Shown here: positions 23,616 through 35,680 of the stretch, one piece after another
Numbering within the stretch: position 1 is the first letter of the stretch
Layout of the letters: each line of letters opens with the position of its first letter
Source of the DNA: Camelus dromedarius
Taxonomy: Eukaryota
Reading direction: 5' to 3'
Assembly (NCBI RefSeq): GCF_036321535.1
Contig: NC_087437.1
Span: forward strand, 10,604,001 to 10,668,000
Length of the DNA stretch: 64,000 bases
Program-made: the position numbers and the translations under genes
The notes under the pieces: model-generated
Databases searched by the model: none
What the model was told of the DNA's origin: nothing
Seen by the model: only the letters and a program-made list of their open reading frames with translations

Positions 23616-25655
23616 ATCATTTTTCCAGTCAAGATGGCAGAGTGGTAGGACCATGAGCTCACCTCTCCTCATGACTACAACAAAACCACAACTGAATGCT
23701 AAACAACCATTGAAAAAATGACTGGATCCTAGCAAAAAAGATCTTCTGCAACTGGAAACATAAAGAGGTTTGAAACCACAGCAGGATGGTAGGAAGGGCG
23801 TGCTTGTGATATAATTGGGCCGCATACCCCCGGGTGGGTGACCCACAATCTGAAGAATAGTTAAGTCGCAGAGGCCCTCCCACAGGAGTGAGAGCTCTAA
23901 GCCCATGTCAGGCTGCCCAGCCCGGGCCCCAGCATTGGGAGGAGAAGGAGACCCCAGGACTTCTGGTTCTGAAGGCTAGCGGGGCTTGGGCTTGGCTCTG
24001 GGAGCCCCACGGGGACTGAGGGAAACGGAGACTTCATTCACTTGGGAAGTGTACATGGAAACTCACGTGCACGAGGTCCAAGGGCAGAGGCAGTGATTTC
24101 AGAGGAGCCTGGGCCAGGCCTGCCTGCTGGTTTTGGAGGGTCTCCTGGGGATGTGGGGGATGGCTGTGGCTCACTCAGGGGCCATAAAAGTTGGTGGCAG
24201 ACATTCCGGGATTGTTCCTACATGAGCTCTTCCTGTGAAGAGCTTTCAATTCTTGATTGAATCATTAGCACCAAGACCTAGCCCCACCTAACAGCCTGTA
24301 GGGAAGCCTCAGGCCAAACAACATACAGAGTGGGAAAGCAGCCACACTCAGACTTCCTGAGCCACCAACGCCTATAGACACAGCCCTACCCACCAGAGGT
24401 CCAGGACTAAGCTTCACTCAGCAGTGGGCAGGCACCGGCTCCTCCTGCCAGGAACCCTGCATAAGCCTCTAGTCCAGCCTCATCCATCAGGGGCAGGTAC
24501 CAGAAATAAGAAACAACAATCCTAAAGTCTGTGGAAGGAATCCACAGATACAGGCCAGACTCTGCACTGGGACTGGCTAGACACTGACCCTTTGGTGACA
24601 AGAGAGGAGTATACTGCTGGGACGCATAGGACATCTCCCATAGAGGGCCACCTCTCCAAAGTCAAGAAACTAACTTACCTAAAAATACAAATAGAGAGAT
24701 AGATGATATGAGGTGGCAAAGGAGTATCTCCCAGGCCAAGGCACAAGATACAATCCCAGAAGAACAACTAAGTGATGAAGAGATGGGCAATTTACCTGAG
24801 AAAGAGTTTAAAGTAATGATGGCCAAGATGGTCAGAGAACTCAAGAGGAGTATAGATGCACAGAGCGATGTTTTTAGCAGAGTTGGAAAATATAAAGAAT
24901 AGCCAGAGTTGAAGAATAAAATCACTGAAATAACACACTAGAAGGAACCAAGAATAGACTAAATGAGGCAGAAGAACGAACCAGTGAGCTGGAAGACAGA
25001 TTAGTGGAAATCACTACTGCAGAACAGAAAAAAGAAAAAAGAATGAAAAGAAATGAGGCTAGGTTAAGAGAACTCTGGGACAACATGAAGTGCACTAATA
25101 TTTGCATTATAGGGGTCCCAGAAAGTGAAGAGAGAGAGAAAGGACCTGAGAAAATTTTTGGAGAGATAATCACTGAAAACTTCCCGAACTTGGGAAAGGG
25201 AACAGTCACCCAAGTCCAGGAGGCGCGGAAGGTACCACACAGGATCAACTCAAAGAGCAACACACCAAGGCATATAGTCATCAAATTGATAAAAATTAAG
25301 GATAAGGAGAAAAATACTAAAATTAGCAAGAGAAAAGCAACAAATAACATACAAGGGAACGCCCATAAGACTATCAGCTGATTTCTCAGCAGAAACTCTA
25401 CAGGCCAGAAGGGAGTGGCATGATATATTTAAAGTGATGAAAGGAGAAAACTTACAACCAAGAATTCTCTATCCAGCAAAGCTTTTGTTCAGATTTGAGG
25501 GAGAAATGAAAAGCTTCACAGATAAACTAAAGCTAAAAGATTTCAGCACCACCAAACCAGCTTTACAACAAAAGTTAAAGGACCTTCTCTAGTCATCAAA
25601 CCATAAGAAAAGAGAACAAAAAGAAAAAGAGAGAGAAAAAAAATAAGATCTACAA
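23616..25655 (+). mobile_element. LINE-1 5'UTR plus full-length but frameshifted ORF1 (24708-25592) and the start of the inter-ORF spacer
   Basis: YY1-type AAGATGGC at 23631-23638 and a GC-rich 5'UTR. ORF1p motifs: LRELWDNMKCTNICIIGVPE, ENFPNL, PRHIVIK, ADFSAETLQARREW, YPAKL. TAG at 25590-25592. Confidence 0.96.
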
Positions 25656-26179
25656 AAGATTGCTTTGGCTGTCGGGGGTCTTTTGTGGTTCCTTGTGAAT
25701 TTTGAAATTGTTTGCTCTAGTTCTGCAAGAAATGTTGTGAGTATTTTGGCGGAGGTTGCATTGAATCTGTGGATTGCTTTGGGTAGTGTGGCCATTTTGA
25801 TAGTGTTGATTCTTTCAATCCAAGAGCACAAGACATCTTTCCATTTCTTTGTGCCATTTCAGTTTGCAGAGTATAGGTAACCTCCTTGGTTAGGTTTATT
25901 TCTGGGTATTTTGTTGTTTTTGATACAATGGAAATGTTTATGCCAGATATAAAATTCTGTCTTTTGAAGTGAAAAAAAAAGTGAATAAAGGGCCGCAAAT
26001 GGCAAAATATCCTTCTTTTTTATGGGTGAGTTGTATTGCATTACATATATGTATGCTGTATCTTCTTTATCTGTTCAACTATTGATGTGCACTTAGGATG
26101 CTTCCATATCTTGGCATTTGTAAATAATATTGCTGTTAATAGCAGGGTGTATGTATCTTTTTAAATTAATTCTTGTTTT
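25656..26179 (-). mobile_element. Two inverted L1 ORF2 fragments (about 25656-25936 and 25993-26179) inside the composite element
   Basis: The minus strand reads CSWIERINTIKMATLPKAIHRFNA (post-RT region) and MQYNSPIKKKDILPFAA (C-terminus). Confidence 0.9.
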
Positions 26180-26301
26180 GTGATTGGCTTTATTCCTTTG
26201 ATAACTATGTAAGTTTCAAAAGCTAAAGCTCTAAATCTTCTTAGAAACAATGAATGGTACATATATGTAAATTTAAAAATAAATGTGCAGTTAAAAAAAA
26301 A

Positions 26302-26848
26302 AAAAGAAATGAACTGTCAAGCCATGAAAGACATGGAAGAAACTTAAAAGACATTACTAAATGAAAAAAGCCAGTCTGAAAAGGTTACAAACTGTATGAT
26401 TCCAACCAAATGACATTCTGGAAAAGGCAAAGCTACAGAAACAATAAAAAGATCATGGTTTCCAGGCGTTTGGGGAGAGGGAGGGAGGGAGGGAGGGAGG
26501 GAGGAATGAATAGATGAAACAGGAGGGATTTGGGGGGCAGTGAAGTTATTCTGTATACTATAGTGGTGGCTACATGTCATTATGCATTTGCCAAAACCCA
26601 TAGACTATACAACGTCAAGAGTGAACTCTAATTCAAACTATGGACTTTGGTTGATAATAGTGTGTCCATGTTGGTTCATCAATTGTACCAAATATGCTGC
26701 ACTGATGAGGGTAGGGGAGTATGTATGTGTGGGTGGGGAGGGCTATGTGCATACTCTCTGTATTTCTGCTCAATTCTGCTGTGAACCTGAAACTGCTCTA
26801 AAAAATAAAGTCTATTAATACAAAATTTAAAAAATTTTTAATGAAAAA
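26302..26848 (+). mobile_element. Ancient L1MC1-like 3' end with (GGGA)n tract and A-rich tail
   Basis: gacattctggaaaaggcaaagctac, aactatggactttggttgataat and ctgctgtgaacctgaaactgctctaaaaaataaagtct. Confidence 0.9.
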
Positions 26849-27629
26849 AAAACCAAGGGCCAGTTCACTTGCAATTAATAGAAGATGATCATGAAATTTA
26901 TTACACATTAGTTTAAAAAATTGAGAGCTACCTGCAAACATTTTGATACCAACAGCTCACATATTCTGAGAAACATGAGTTTGACTTGATAGTTCCTGCA
27001 GAAGATAGGGTTTGCTTACATAGCGTACATACAGGCTGGGTAGGATAAAACCTCATATCAGCTTTAGTGTCACATAGATGTTGTAGGTACAGTGAAAACC
27101 ATAGTAGAGGTATTCAGGTGGGGCACACATGGTTTTGAATTTTTTTTTAAAAAACATTTTACAGTGAAATTGTTACACACACTAATGCAAGTAAGATGTG
27201 TATGATTTTAAAGTAAACTGTGGTATTCTTTTACTCATTTGTGGTTAGCTTTGAGTATGCTGTGCTTACCAAATTTCTCTTTTAAATAGGTATATAAACA
27301 TCATGTGTCTGAGCTCACTTTGTCTTCTTATTTTAAGAAACTTGTGCGGTTTCCTGTTCTTCTTTTAATACCTCTCTGCTGTAGCCATAGATATCACAGA
27401 TTAAGAAAATATGGGAAGAATAGTTAACTTTAAAACACCAAAAATAGGTGTTGGGAGTGGTAATGTCTCTGTGTGTCCTCATTAGCATATATGTAGTTAC
27501 ATATCTAGTTGTTTCTAGAGAGAAAGATGAAATTAACTACAGGTTTCATCTGATCTAGGTGCACATACAAGAGATGTAGAAAAGTTGAAATTCAAAATAT
27601 CATTGTTAAGGTGAAAAAACAAGTAATAT

Positions 27630-27847
27630 TTATTAAGCTATTTATTGAACTCTAATGATATACCATGTACTATGCTAAGAACTTTATCTGCTATTTCACT
27701 GAATTGTTTCAAAAACCCTAAGGGAGTTAAGGAACTGAGGCTTGAAGAGTTGTTTAAAGTAACTTGCTAGAGGTCACCCAGCAAGTAACTTGAGGAGGTG
27801 AAATTCACACACAGCTGTTGGATTCCAGAGCCTGAGCTTTATGCACT
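27630..27847 (-). mobile_element. MIR
   Basis: ggaactgaggcttgaagag...aagtaacttgctagaggtcacccagcaagtaa...ggattccagagcctgagct. Confidence 0.85.
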
Positions 27848-28224
27848 TTCAGTTCCAGATTCTGTCTTTCGCCAGGTTCTCCCAGTATTCTGTATAATGT
27901 CGAGAATCTAACAGATGAATGGACCACTGACTGATCTAGTAGACGTGGAGCATTGTCCTGACTCTGCCACTTCCTTTCACATCAAGACCTCTGCAGATCC
28001 CTCAAACTCTGGTCTCCTAAAGATAGAAATAATATTGATCTTGTGGAAATATTCAGGCAACAATGAATACAATAAACAATATCATTAATGATTACCTAAA
28101 ATTACTATAGTGAGGAAAGTCACATAGTAACATACTTTAGATGCACACTGACACATACAGACGCAGCTTTTGCTTCCGTGAGTTTGCTAAATGGAAGTAT
28201 TTTATTATTTCTGGTATATGGGTA

Positions 28225-28365
28225 CAGAGACTGAGCTGACTGAGTACAGTGCAAATAACACCCGAGGTCAGGGGTTTGATTTCCTTATGAGCTAGTTGGC
28301 TCTCCACCATCAGAGACAGAATTTGGGCTCAGTGCCAGACAGTTGCATGGTATGTTTGGGTGAAT
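28225..28365 (+). mobile_element. MamSINE1-like ancient tRNA-derived SINE
   Basis: gtgcaaataacacccgaggtcaggggtttgatttccttatgagctagtt resembles the MamSINE1 head with a degenerate B box. Confidence 0.6.
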
Positions 28366-29199
28366 CCAGTAATTAGAGAAAAGCATGACTAACATCCAAA
28401 TCTAGGAGAGATGCTTAAGACTGAAGCTAATAAGAACCCACATAAAATGTCTAAAACAAGCTAACTGTAGGAAAGGTCTTCAGAAGCAGCTCAGTCTGTC
28501 TTGTGATTTAAAAGACGAGCCTCTCAGTACACGTTTGTAGGTCGTGGCCTCCTCTAAATCTTTTCAATGGGAGAAATCTACAAATGCGAATGTTATGACA
28601 GAGGACATGCATGATACATACATTTAATTTATATACTTTTCTTTATATAAATACTTCTTTAAATTAAAATACTGTAATTAAAATACATTTGGATAATGTA
28701 TTCCTTATTATATCATGCTTTATTAAACATTATACATATATATTACTGAATATTGTTTTACAAACCCCATATATACTCTAATTTATAGGCTGTTTATGGA
28801 ATTTCCAAGAGTACTTTGACTATATATTATTTTTGCCTTATGCACGGACTTTAGAATCAGCCTACAAGTTAGCTGTGACTCTGGAATACAGAAATAGAGA
28901 TTGATGTAATAACAACCACAGTAAGAAGGGACTGCTCATGGGTCTGGACATGTTATAGTTTAAAATTTTGGTGGAGTGCCTATCTAGAATGCATCTAAGA
29001 GCAAAGATAGCCGGTCCTGGTTCTCTATACAGAAACATGCAAAAAAAAATGGGAAAGATGATTTATTAACCAATAATGGCTTGAGAAATGTACTTTAAAA
29101 TGCATCCACTAAAAATCCACCTGAAGTATAATTTGGCTCCCTATCTGTCAGAGTCTAAATAGCAGAAAGGAGATCTCCTCTATACATTTAAGTACTACA

Positions 29200-29362
29200 T
29201 ATCACTCATGAAGTTGCTGTAGGCTGACTTGTATTTTATGCATTGTTGCCTAAGTCCTCTCACCAGATTATGAACTCGTTGAAGATCAAGTGTTTTTCAC
29301 CTTTGTCTTCCTGGTAGTGCCTGCACTGAGAGTAGTGGAAACTCAGAAACATCAGATGAATT
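29200..29362 (+). mobile_element. L2 3' fragment
   Basis: accagattatgaactcgttgaagatcaag and tagtgcctgcactgagagtag. Confidence 0.6.
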
Positions 29363-30774
29363 TCTCTGGTTGTTAGAGCAGGTAGCATTCCCCGTGGCAG
29401 ATTACAAAGTGATTTACTAGTTTATAAATCAGTCTCTTGTGAGTTTGGTTAGCACAAATTAATTTCCTAGTTTAATTCCCATGGATGAACTGATAAAATT
29501 GGATTTCAGTGAAATGGTACATGTAACAGGAGGGTATAGGGGACAAAGTTTCTAATAAATTTCTGGAAGTGAACTGCACATCTCTCCAGTGCATAGCAAT
29601 GGGATTTCATGATAAGCTACTGCACCACATTCTCTGATGTTTTGTTACATCTTATGCCCAAATAGGAGTAAAAGTGTAGATTTCTTTTCATTTTTGCCTT
29701 CTATTATTATAGAAGAGTGTAACTCTCCACTTCTTGAATTGTTTTTAAGGTATATACATATACTAAGGGAAAAATATATAATCTACATGTAATCTAGAGA
29801 TTTAAAGAATTAGAATAAAAAAAAGAATTAAAAAAAGAATTAGAATAATAAATGGACAAAAATAATAGTTTTATTTGGCAACCACTAAAGGCAGGTTTCA
29901 GTAAATCCCATCTTGAAAGTCCCAGCAAATCTGTGGTCTGTACACTGTGGGTGCAGGCTGGCGTTTTGTATAGGAAGATAATGGTTTTTAATTGACTCAT
30001 CTAAGAAGTTTCATCCTGACAGGAGAGAAATGAACTTAGAGCCAGTATTAACAGGTGATAATTAAATTACGGATTCTGCATGCTTAATGTCCTAAACTAA
30101 GGCAAGATGAAGCAACTGGAGGCCATTAACTTTAATAATTGGAATCCATATCTCTTAAGTAGGATTTTATAGCACATTAACAATGGTTGGTTAGTATTAA
30201 ATCAGAAACCTGTTTTCTTACTAATGCATGTTTTACTAATTCAACTTCATACCTATACATTTAAATGTGCAAAATAATTTATAGGAAGTAATATGTCTTT
30301 TAAAAAGGTAAATTAAAAAAGATAAATGTAGAACATTTGTCAAATTTTAAAGTCAGTACCTCTTGAAGGCCCATGATTGGTTACGTTTAATTATAAAGAA
30401 TTAGGAAAAAGAAAAATTTAAACACTGAATTTTATTATTAAAGCTGAAAAATCCCTAATTTAAATGTTCAGGTATTCTTTTATAGAGACTTTATGCCATT
30501 TAAGTTTGACTTAATGGTTTAAATATTAGCTAGTTATTCCACATTAATTATATAGCTGTGCTGCAGACATCATGTAGGCATTATATCATAGTAATGACAA
30601 TCCTTTCCAAAGAGTTTTTTTGTTTTGAAGAACGTTTAATGAACATTTGCATTTATAATACTTTAAAACGTAACTGCTACCAATTAACTTTGAAATACTT
30701 AATGTCATTTGTTTACATTTTGGACTATTGTTAAACAGTTCCCACCTCCCCTGAGAAGTCCATTTTGTTATGAC

Positions 30775-30883
30775 TAGAGTGAACATACAATTTTTCAGCC
30801 AAACTTTTTGGGGGTGAAAGGGGGTGCTGTTAATAATAAAAATGCCGGGACAGCAGGTGTTAACCAGGATGTCTATCACCCAG
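30775..30883 (+). mobile_element. MER94-like hAT-Blackjack MITE
   Basis: tagagtgaacatacaattt...gtgaaagggggtgctgttaataat...gccgggacagcaggtgttaaccagga...tcaccc follows the MER94 layout, with degenerate TAGGGTGACC termini. Confidence 0.75.
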
Positions 30884-33800
30884 CATAACAGTAGAGCATC
30901 GTTTCAGTACAGTCCTTGCGTTACTGTATTCCCCCATCACCAAAGAAATGTGTCTGGAGAAGAGCTTTCAGAATCCCTGTCTGGGGAGGTAGGAACGTGT
31001 GTTTCCATGAGATCTGGGTCTCCCTCTCCTCCAAGTCACCAGAGGTTTTCTTGTTGTTTTCACTTTGATGTCACCATGTTGGTGTTGAAACTCCAGACTG
31101 GGAGAGGAATGTGCTGGGAGGTGTGCAAAATGGTGGTCGGAAGTGAAGGGGACTAGGGGCTGAGGAACAGAGAAGGTGGGCTCTCCTTTCAGTTTAAACT
31201 CCATACGCGCAGCCTTACAGGATGGCCAGAATTAGCGCTGGTCCTCCTCCTTTTTCACTTCCACCAATCGTGTTTTACGCAGTTCCCACTCAGAGAAATA
31301 CAAAGACCATTCCTAAGAGTAGTGAGTCTTTCAGTTCACCGGATTCTGGAGTGGGGAGGGGACAGATCTGGGGTTCCAGTAGCCCACTTCAGTGCACCAG
31401 TTTCCCTTATCCTGCTGCTGGACACAGTTTTGAACAGAAGGGGCTCAGCATTTATAAGATAAAAGGTCCAAGGAAGGGGAGCAGGCCAGGGAAGAGGGGA
31501 GAGGGGGCAATAGGGAGAACAGGCCATAACAGATTTTAGAATTTTACCGATTTTACCATGGAGAGAGAAAGTGCTTCTGGTGTGAAGCCTCTGTCCCTGG
31601 CTAGCTGCAGAAAGAACTGTCACAGAGATGCCCCTCTGTCTGGACATATAACCTGTAAGTAATCCATACCTGTATAATTGTTACATATTTCAAACAGGTC
31701 TGTAATCTTCTCAGAAAAATAACAGCATGAGTAGGCTTACTCAATTTTTCTCTTGTTCCAGTGATTTTCACAGCAATGCCTCTCTGCTCCCAGAAAAAAA
31801 AAAAAAAAAAAAGAAAGGTCTTGTAGCTTCACATTATCTTTAAATGTGCTTTTATTGTGTGCTTATCTGCACTATGGTCGTTCGGTGTACAGACCCCATG
31901 GTGCATGCACGGATCTTTAAAATGGGGAATCCATGTAAGAAAGTTAAATGAGGAAAAAAGAAAAAAAAAATCAAAACAGAGTACAAATAGCAAGGTTAAA
32001 TTGAGTGCTGTTAACCCCCTGCTGACACCAGCTAATAGTGCAGAAACGACAGCAGGAATCTGAAACAGGTTAGTGCTGGGAAATTCCAGCTCAGGAGAGT
32101 TATAAATGAAATATATTGGCTAGGTTTTCTTCATAGAGTATCAGTTTAAAGAACAGTTTAACAGTAACATCAAAGATGATACTAACTGTATATCCAGTAG
32201 AAATAATAAAAATGAAAGCAGTATCTTAGTCTGAAGCACCCATTAGAATTCAAGTGAGTTTTTTCTCCTGCTTTTAACAAAGTAAGATGTCATTTACATA
32301 CAACAAAATGTGTAAAGTAAAATTAAGTTTTATTTATACATCCTATAGCTCGGTTAACTTTTAAGATAGAAATAAAAACCATGTAATCAGCAATCTGATC
32401 AGAGTACTGAACATTATCACCACCCAAGAAAGTTCCCCTCCTGCCTCTCAAAACCACATCTGTTGTTATTCAGAAATTTTGGTCCTCTGGTTATTCTCAG
32501 TTCACCTCCAATTCTATATAAACGACCATATCTGTTTGAAAATTACAGGCTTGCTTTTGCATGCCTCCCGCTGTCTTCACCTCTCCCCAGTATATTTCCA
32601 GAACAATTCTCTTCTGCTTTAGGCCTTATTTCCTCAAATCCAGTTAAATGAAAAACAGCTCTTATTTTATGGATAAGTAAATAATTAAATAACAGTGACA
32701 TAGTTGCCTTGGTAGAAAACTTGCTACTTTCAGAATATATGTAATTGAGAAAATGTAAGAACCAGTCAGTGACATTGAATGAAAAATATAAAATATGCAT
32801 ACTGTTATATGTAGGGTCTAGGTATTTAACAACTCAAAAAACATCCATTAAAAACACTTTCACAACTGGTTGTAGATTTCATTAGAAAAAGTGCTAGTCA
32901 CTCACACTCTAATTTAATCACTAGTCCATCTTTTAGAAACTTTGAAAATGTTATAATCAATAGCCTCATTTATTCTTCTTTTCAGCTTTCACTTCTACTC
33001 CCTTCCTTTGTAAGAATCCCACTCAGGAACAGTTTTTGTTTGTCTGTGCATCTTCCTCCTGGTATCTCCCACTGGGTGTTCTTTGACTGTCTTCATCTCT
33101 TTTCCTTCCCATCTCCAGAACCTGGAACAGCCTCTCTCAGTACAGTCAGATGAGTCCAGTAGTTCCACCTCCACTGCTGGCGGAGCTTAGGATTTCCTCA
33201 TTCTGCCACGAGGCCCTTAAATATGGAAATACCGTTCTCACAGTTCCTTGTTTTTTCGCCACTTTAAGGAACACATCTATCCATTCTTCCTTTCACACCA
33301 TTCCTGTGAGAATATGGTAAAATTTATTTAGAAAGCTTTTAATGATCATAAATTTGATTCTACCCTGTTTCCTAGAATACTTTATATAGAAAGGCTGTAT
33401 ATAAAATACCAGGGCATTTGCTTTCCAGATTCCCATTACTATAGTGGGGTTTACTTTGTTTTAAATTTCCTCAGTGTTTCTTTAATTATCTAAATTACCA
33501 TTACTGTCTAGAGTTAGTGCATTCCCACATTTGCTGTGTTGACTGTAAGGTGGGAGACAGCTGGAGCAGGGGCCCACTGCTCTCACACTCCAGTGTCTCA
33601 CTGGAGTGAGTGCCACATGAAAGGTCGAGACAGTGACTCAGAACAGGGACACACTTAGGGCAAAGACAGAAAAGGAAATCCGGTAGAAACGTAATACAAA
33701 ACTGAGAAAAGACAAAAAGTTTTATAAAGAATGTAAATGGATTAAGAGAAGAAATTAAAGAAGCAGAGTCATTGGGTCCACTAAAATAAAACAAAGCAAA

Positions 33801-34259
33801 ACAACAACAATAACAACAAAAAACCCTGCTTTTGGTTTAAAAAAAAAAAAAGGAGGGAACAAAACATGGAATACAGCAGAAATGTGTTCTGCTGAGTTGA
33901 TACATCTTTTGAGAAATGTTCACAGCTCTAAAATAATGGAAAGACTGTATTTTCCACTTCCTCCATGAGAATATTGGTATATAAAGAGGCAACAGATATA
34001 AAATATCTGAGATATTTGAGAGGGTTTTTTTTTTCCATTAAACTTTGTTTTAATGGGTCTCAAAAATCTATGACAGATTGTTGGTCAGGTTGTTTCCATT
34101 GGAAAAACTGATTTGAAAAACGAGTAACTTAAAACTGCCACATACACAAACACATGGTCTGCAAAACACTCTCCTTTCCTCCTGAAGGTTTTGTGATGCA
34201 TTGTAATCATTAACCACTCTTTTACTGTTAAACTCAAATGGCCAGTTGAGACAAACAGT

Positions 34260-34575
34260 TCAGTGATGGTCACGTAGTACTTGCTGGTCTTAAATTCCCA
34301 CACAGAGGTATCAGTGGTGATACTGCACTCCTGTTCAGCTCTCAGTTTATCCAAGACCCAAGCATACTTCAAAGAGCCCCTCCTTACCTCCAGCAGCCCC
34401 CTTCTCAAAGTTTTCAGTGGTTCTTTGGTCAGTCATACCACATTTATAGATCAGATGGCCAGTAGTGGTAGGCTTGCCCGCATCTATCCAGTGAAGATGT
34501 GTTAATAGGAGTTTTTTTCTTTCCTATTTCAGCTTAGATTTAGTGGTAGTTTGTATGAAACCTGTTACAAAAAAG
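34260..34575 (-). pseudogene. EEF1A1: EEF1A1 processed pseudogene fragment (5'UTR plus about the first 90 codons)
   Basis: The minus strand reads ...[14 protein letters not shown]...[39 protein letters not shown], against eEF1A1 [14 protein letters not shown]...[39 protein letters not shown]. It is intronless, the start codon is mutated to ATA (34527-34525), indels are present, and it begins with a 5'TOP-like CTTTTTT. Confidence 0.95.
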
Positions 34576-35512
34576 CGAGAGGGTTTTCGTAAGATAATAT
34601 AAAATTAACCTAAAATTAATCTAAAATCCCCAATGTAGAAGCTTGGTTTAGGGATTAGGGACCTAAATAAATATAAATAGAGCCGCAATTACACTTACTA
34701 GGCTAGAATTACAAAAACCAGTCCTCATGCTTTGGAGCATAAAAAGATCACTGGATGCAATTAAAATGAAATTTCTCTCTTCTGCACGTTACTGTCCAAG
34801 TAGGCAATTCAGAGGACCTTAAAGCCTGCTTCTAATGCAAGACAGAACTATGTTCAAAGCAGAAAACATGATGGCTGGATGGATTGCTTCAGTATGGCAA
34901 TTGCCATATTTCTAAGAGCATGTCCAAAAAGTATGCTTAATGCCTCAGCAGGTTTGGTGGTTTTGAGACATGATGAATAAGAATTAACAATAGAGCTCGT
35001 CTCTGGGGAAATGTTGTTCCAAAAGTATGATGGTATGTATGTGAACCAATAACTTGCAAGAAACAGACAACTTTAAACAGTATAATCCCATCATTTTTCT
35101 TAGGAGGGAATTTAAGAAACCAAAAGATCTAAGCCTGAAAGACAGCTCAGTGATATGGCTTTACATGCAGAATGGGTCATCATTCAGTTACACATGCTAG
35201 GGGACAACAGTTTAAAAAAAAAATCCAAGGCAGTAAAGCAATAACTTCTGAAGTTGTACTCATCTTAAGAGGCATTTTACAGGAAGGCCAGTATTCCTGG
35301 GACCACAGGGTTCTGTGTGTCTGACTTAATGGGCTAATTTTAGACTCCTTCCTCATATGTTTGATGTTGAAGAGTTTTTTTAACAATAAAAACAGCATCT
35401 TTGACCAAGGGCCATGATCAAAGCTGCTCTATGAATGAGAAAGAAAACGTTCAAACAACTGAAAATTCACCATCTGGAATTCCAGATTCCACAGTTATAA
35501 AAGACTGTAAAA

Positions 35513-35680
35513 GGTAGTCGGGAGAGTATAGCTCAAGTGGTAGAGTGCATGCTCAGCATGCATGAGGTCCTGAGTTCAATCCCCAATACCTCCTCTAAAA
35601 ATAAATAAATAAACCTAATTACCCCCCCCCACCAAAAACAAACAAAAAACGAAATAAAATACTGGCTTTAAATTTTTTTT
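35513..35680 (+). mobile_element. tRNA-Ala-derived SINE, camelid vic-1 type
   Basis: A box TAGCTCAAGTGG 35529-35540, B box GAGTTCAATCC 35572-35582, AGC anticodon remnant, and tail taaaaataaataaataaacctaattaccccc. TSD AAAG(A/C)CTGTAAAA at 35500-35512 and 35681-35693. Confidence 0.92.

Noticed and set aside
24708..25592. Functional or domesticated L1 ORF1
   Set aside because: At least two frameshifts break the ORF.
26472..26503. (GGGA)n G-quadruplex as a special element (also G-tracts at 59803-59824)
   Set aside because: These are expansions of the G-rich tracts normally found in L1 3'UTRs.
33586..33601. Iron-responsive element (CAGTGT loop)
   Set aside because: The five bases on either side of CAGTGT do not pair, so the IRE upper stem cannot form.
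35520..35593. tRNA-Ala(AGC) gene
   Set aside because: It is followed by a SINE tail and flanked by a TSD, with mismatched stems, so it is a SINE head.
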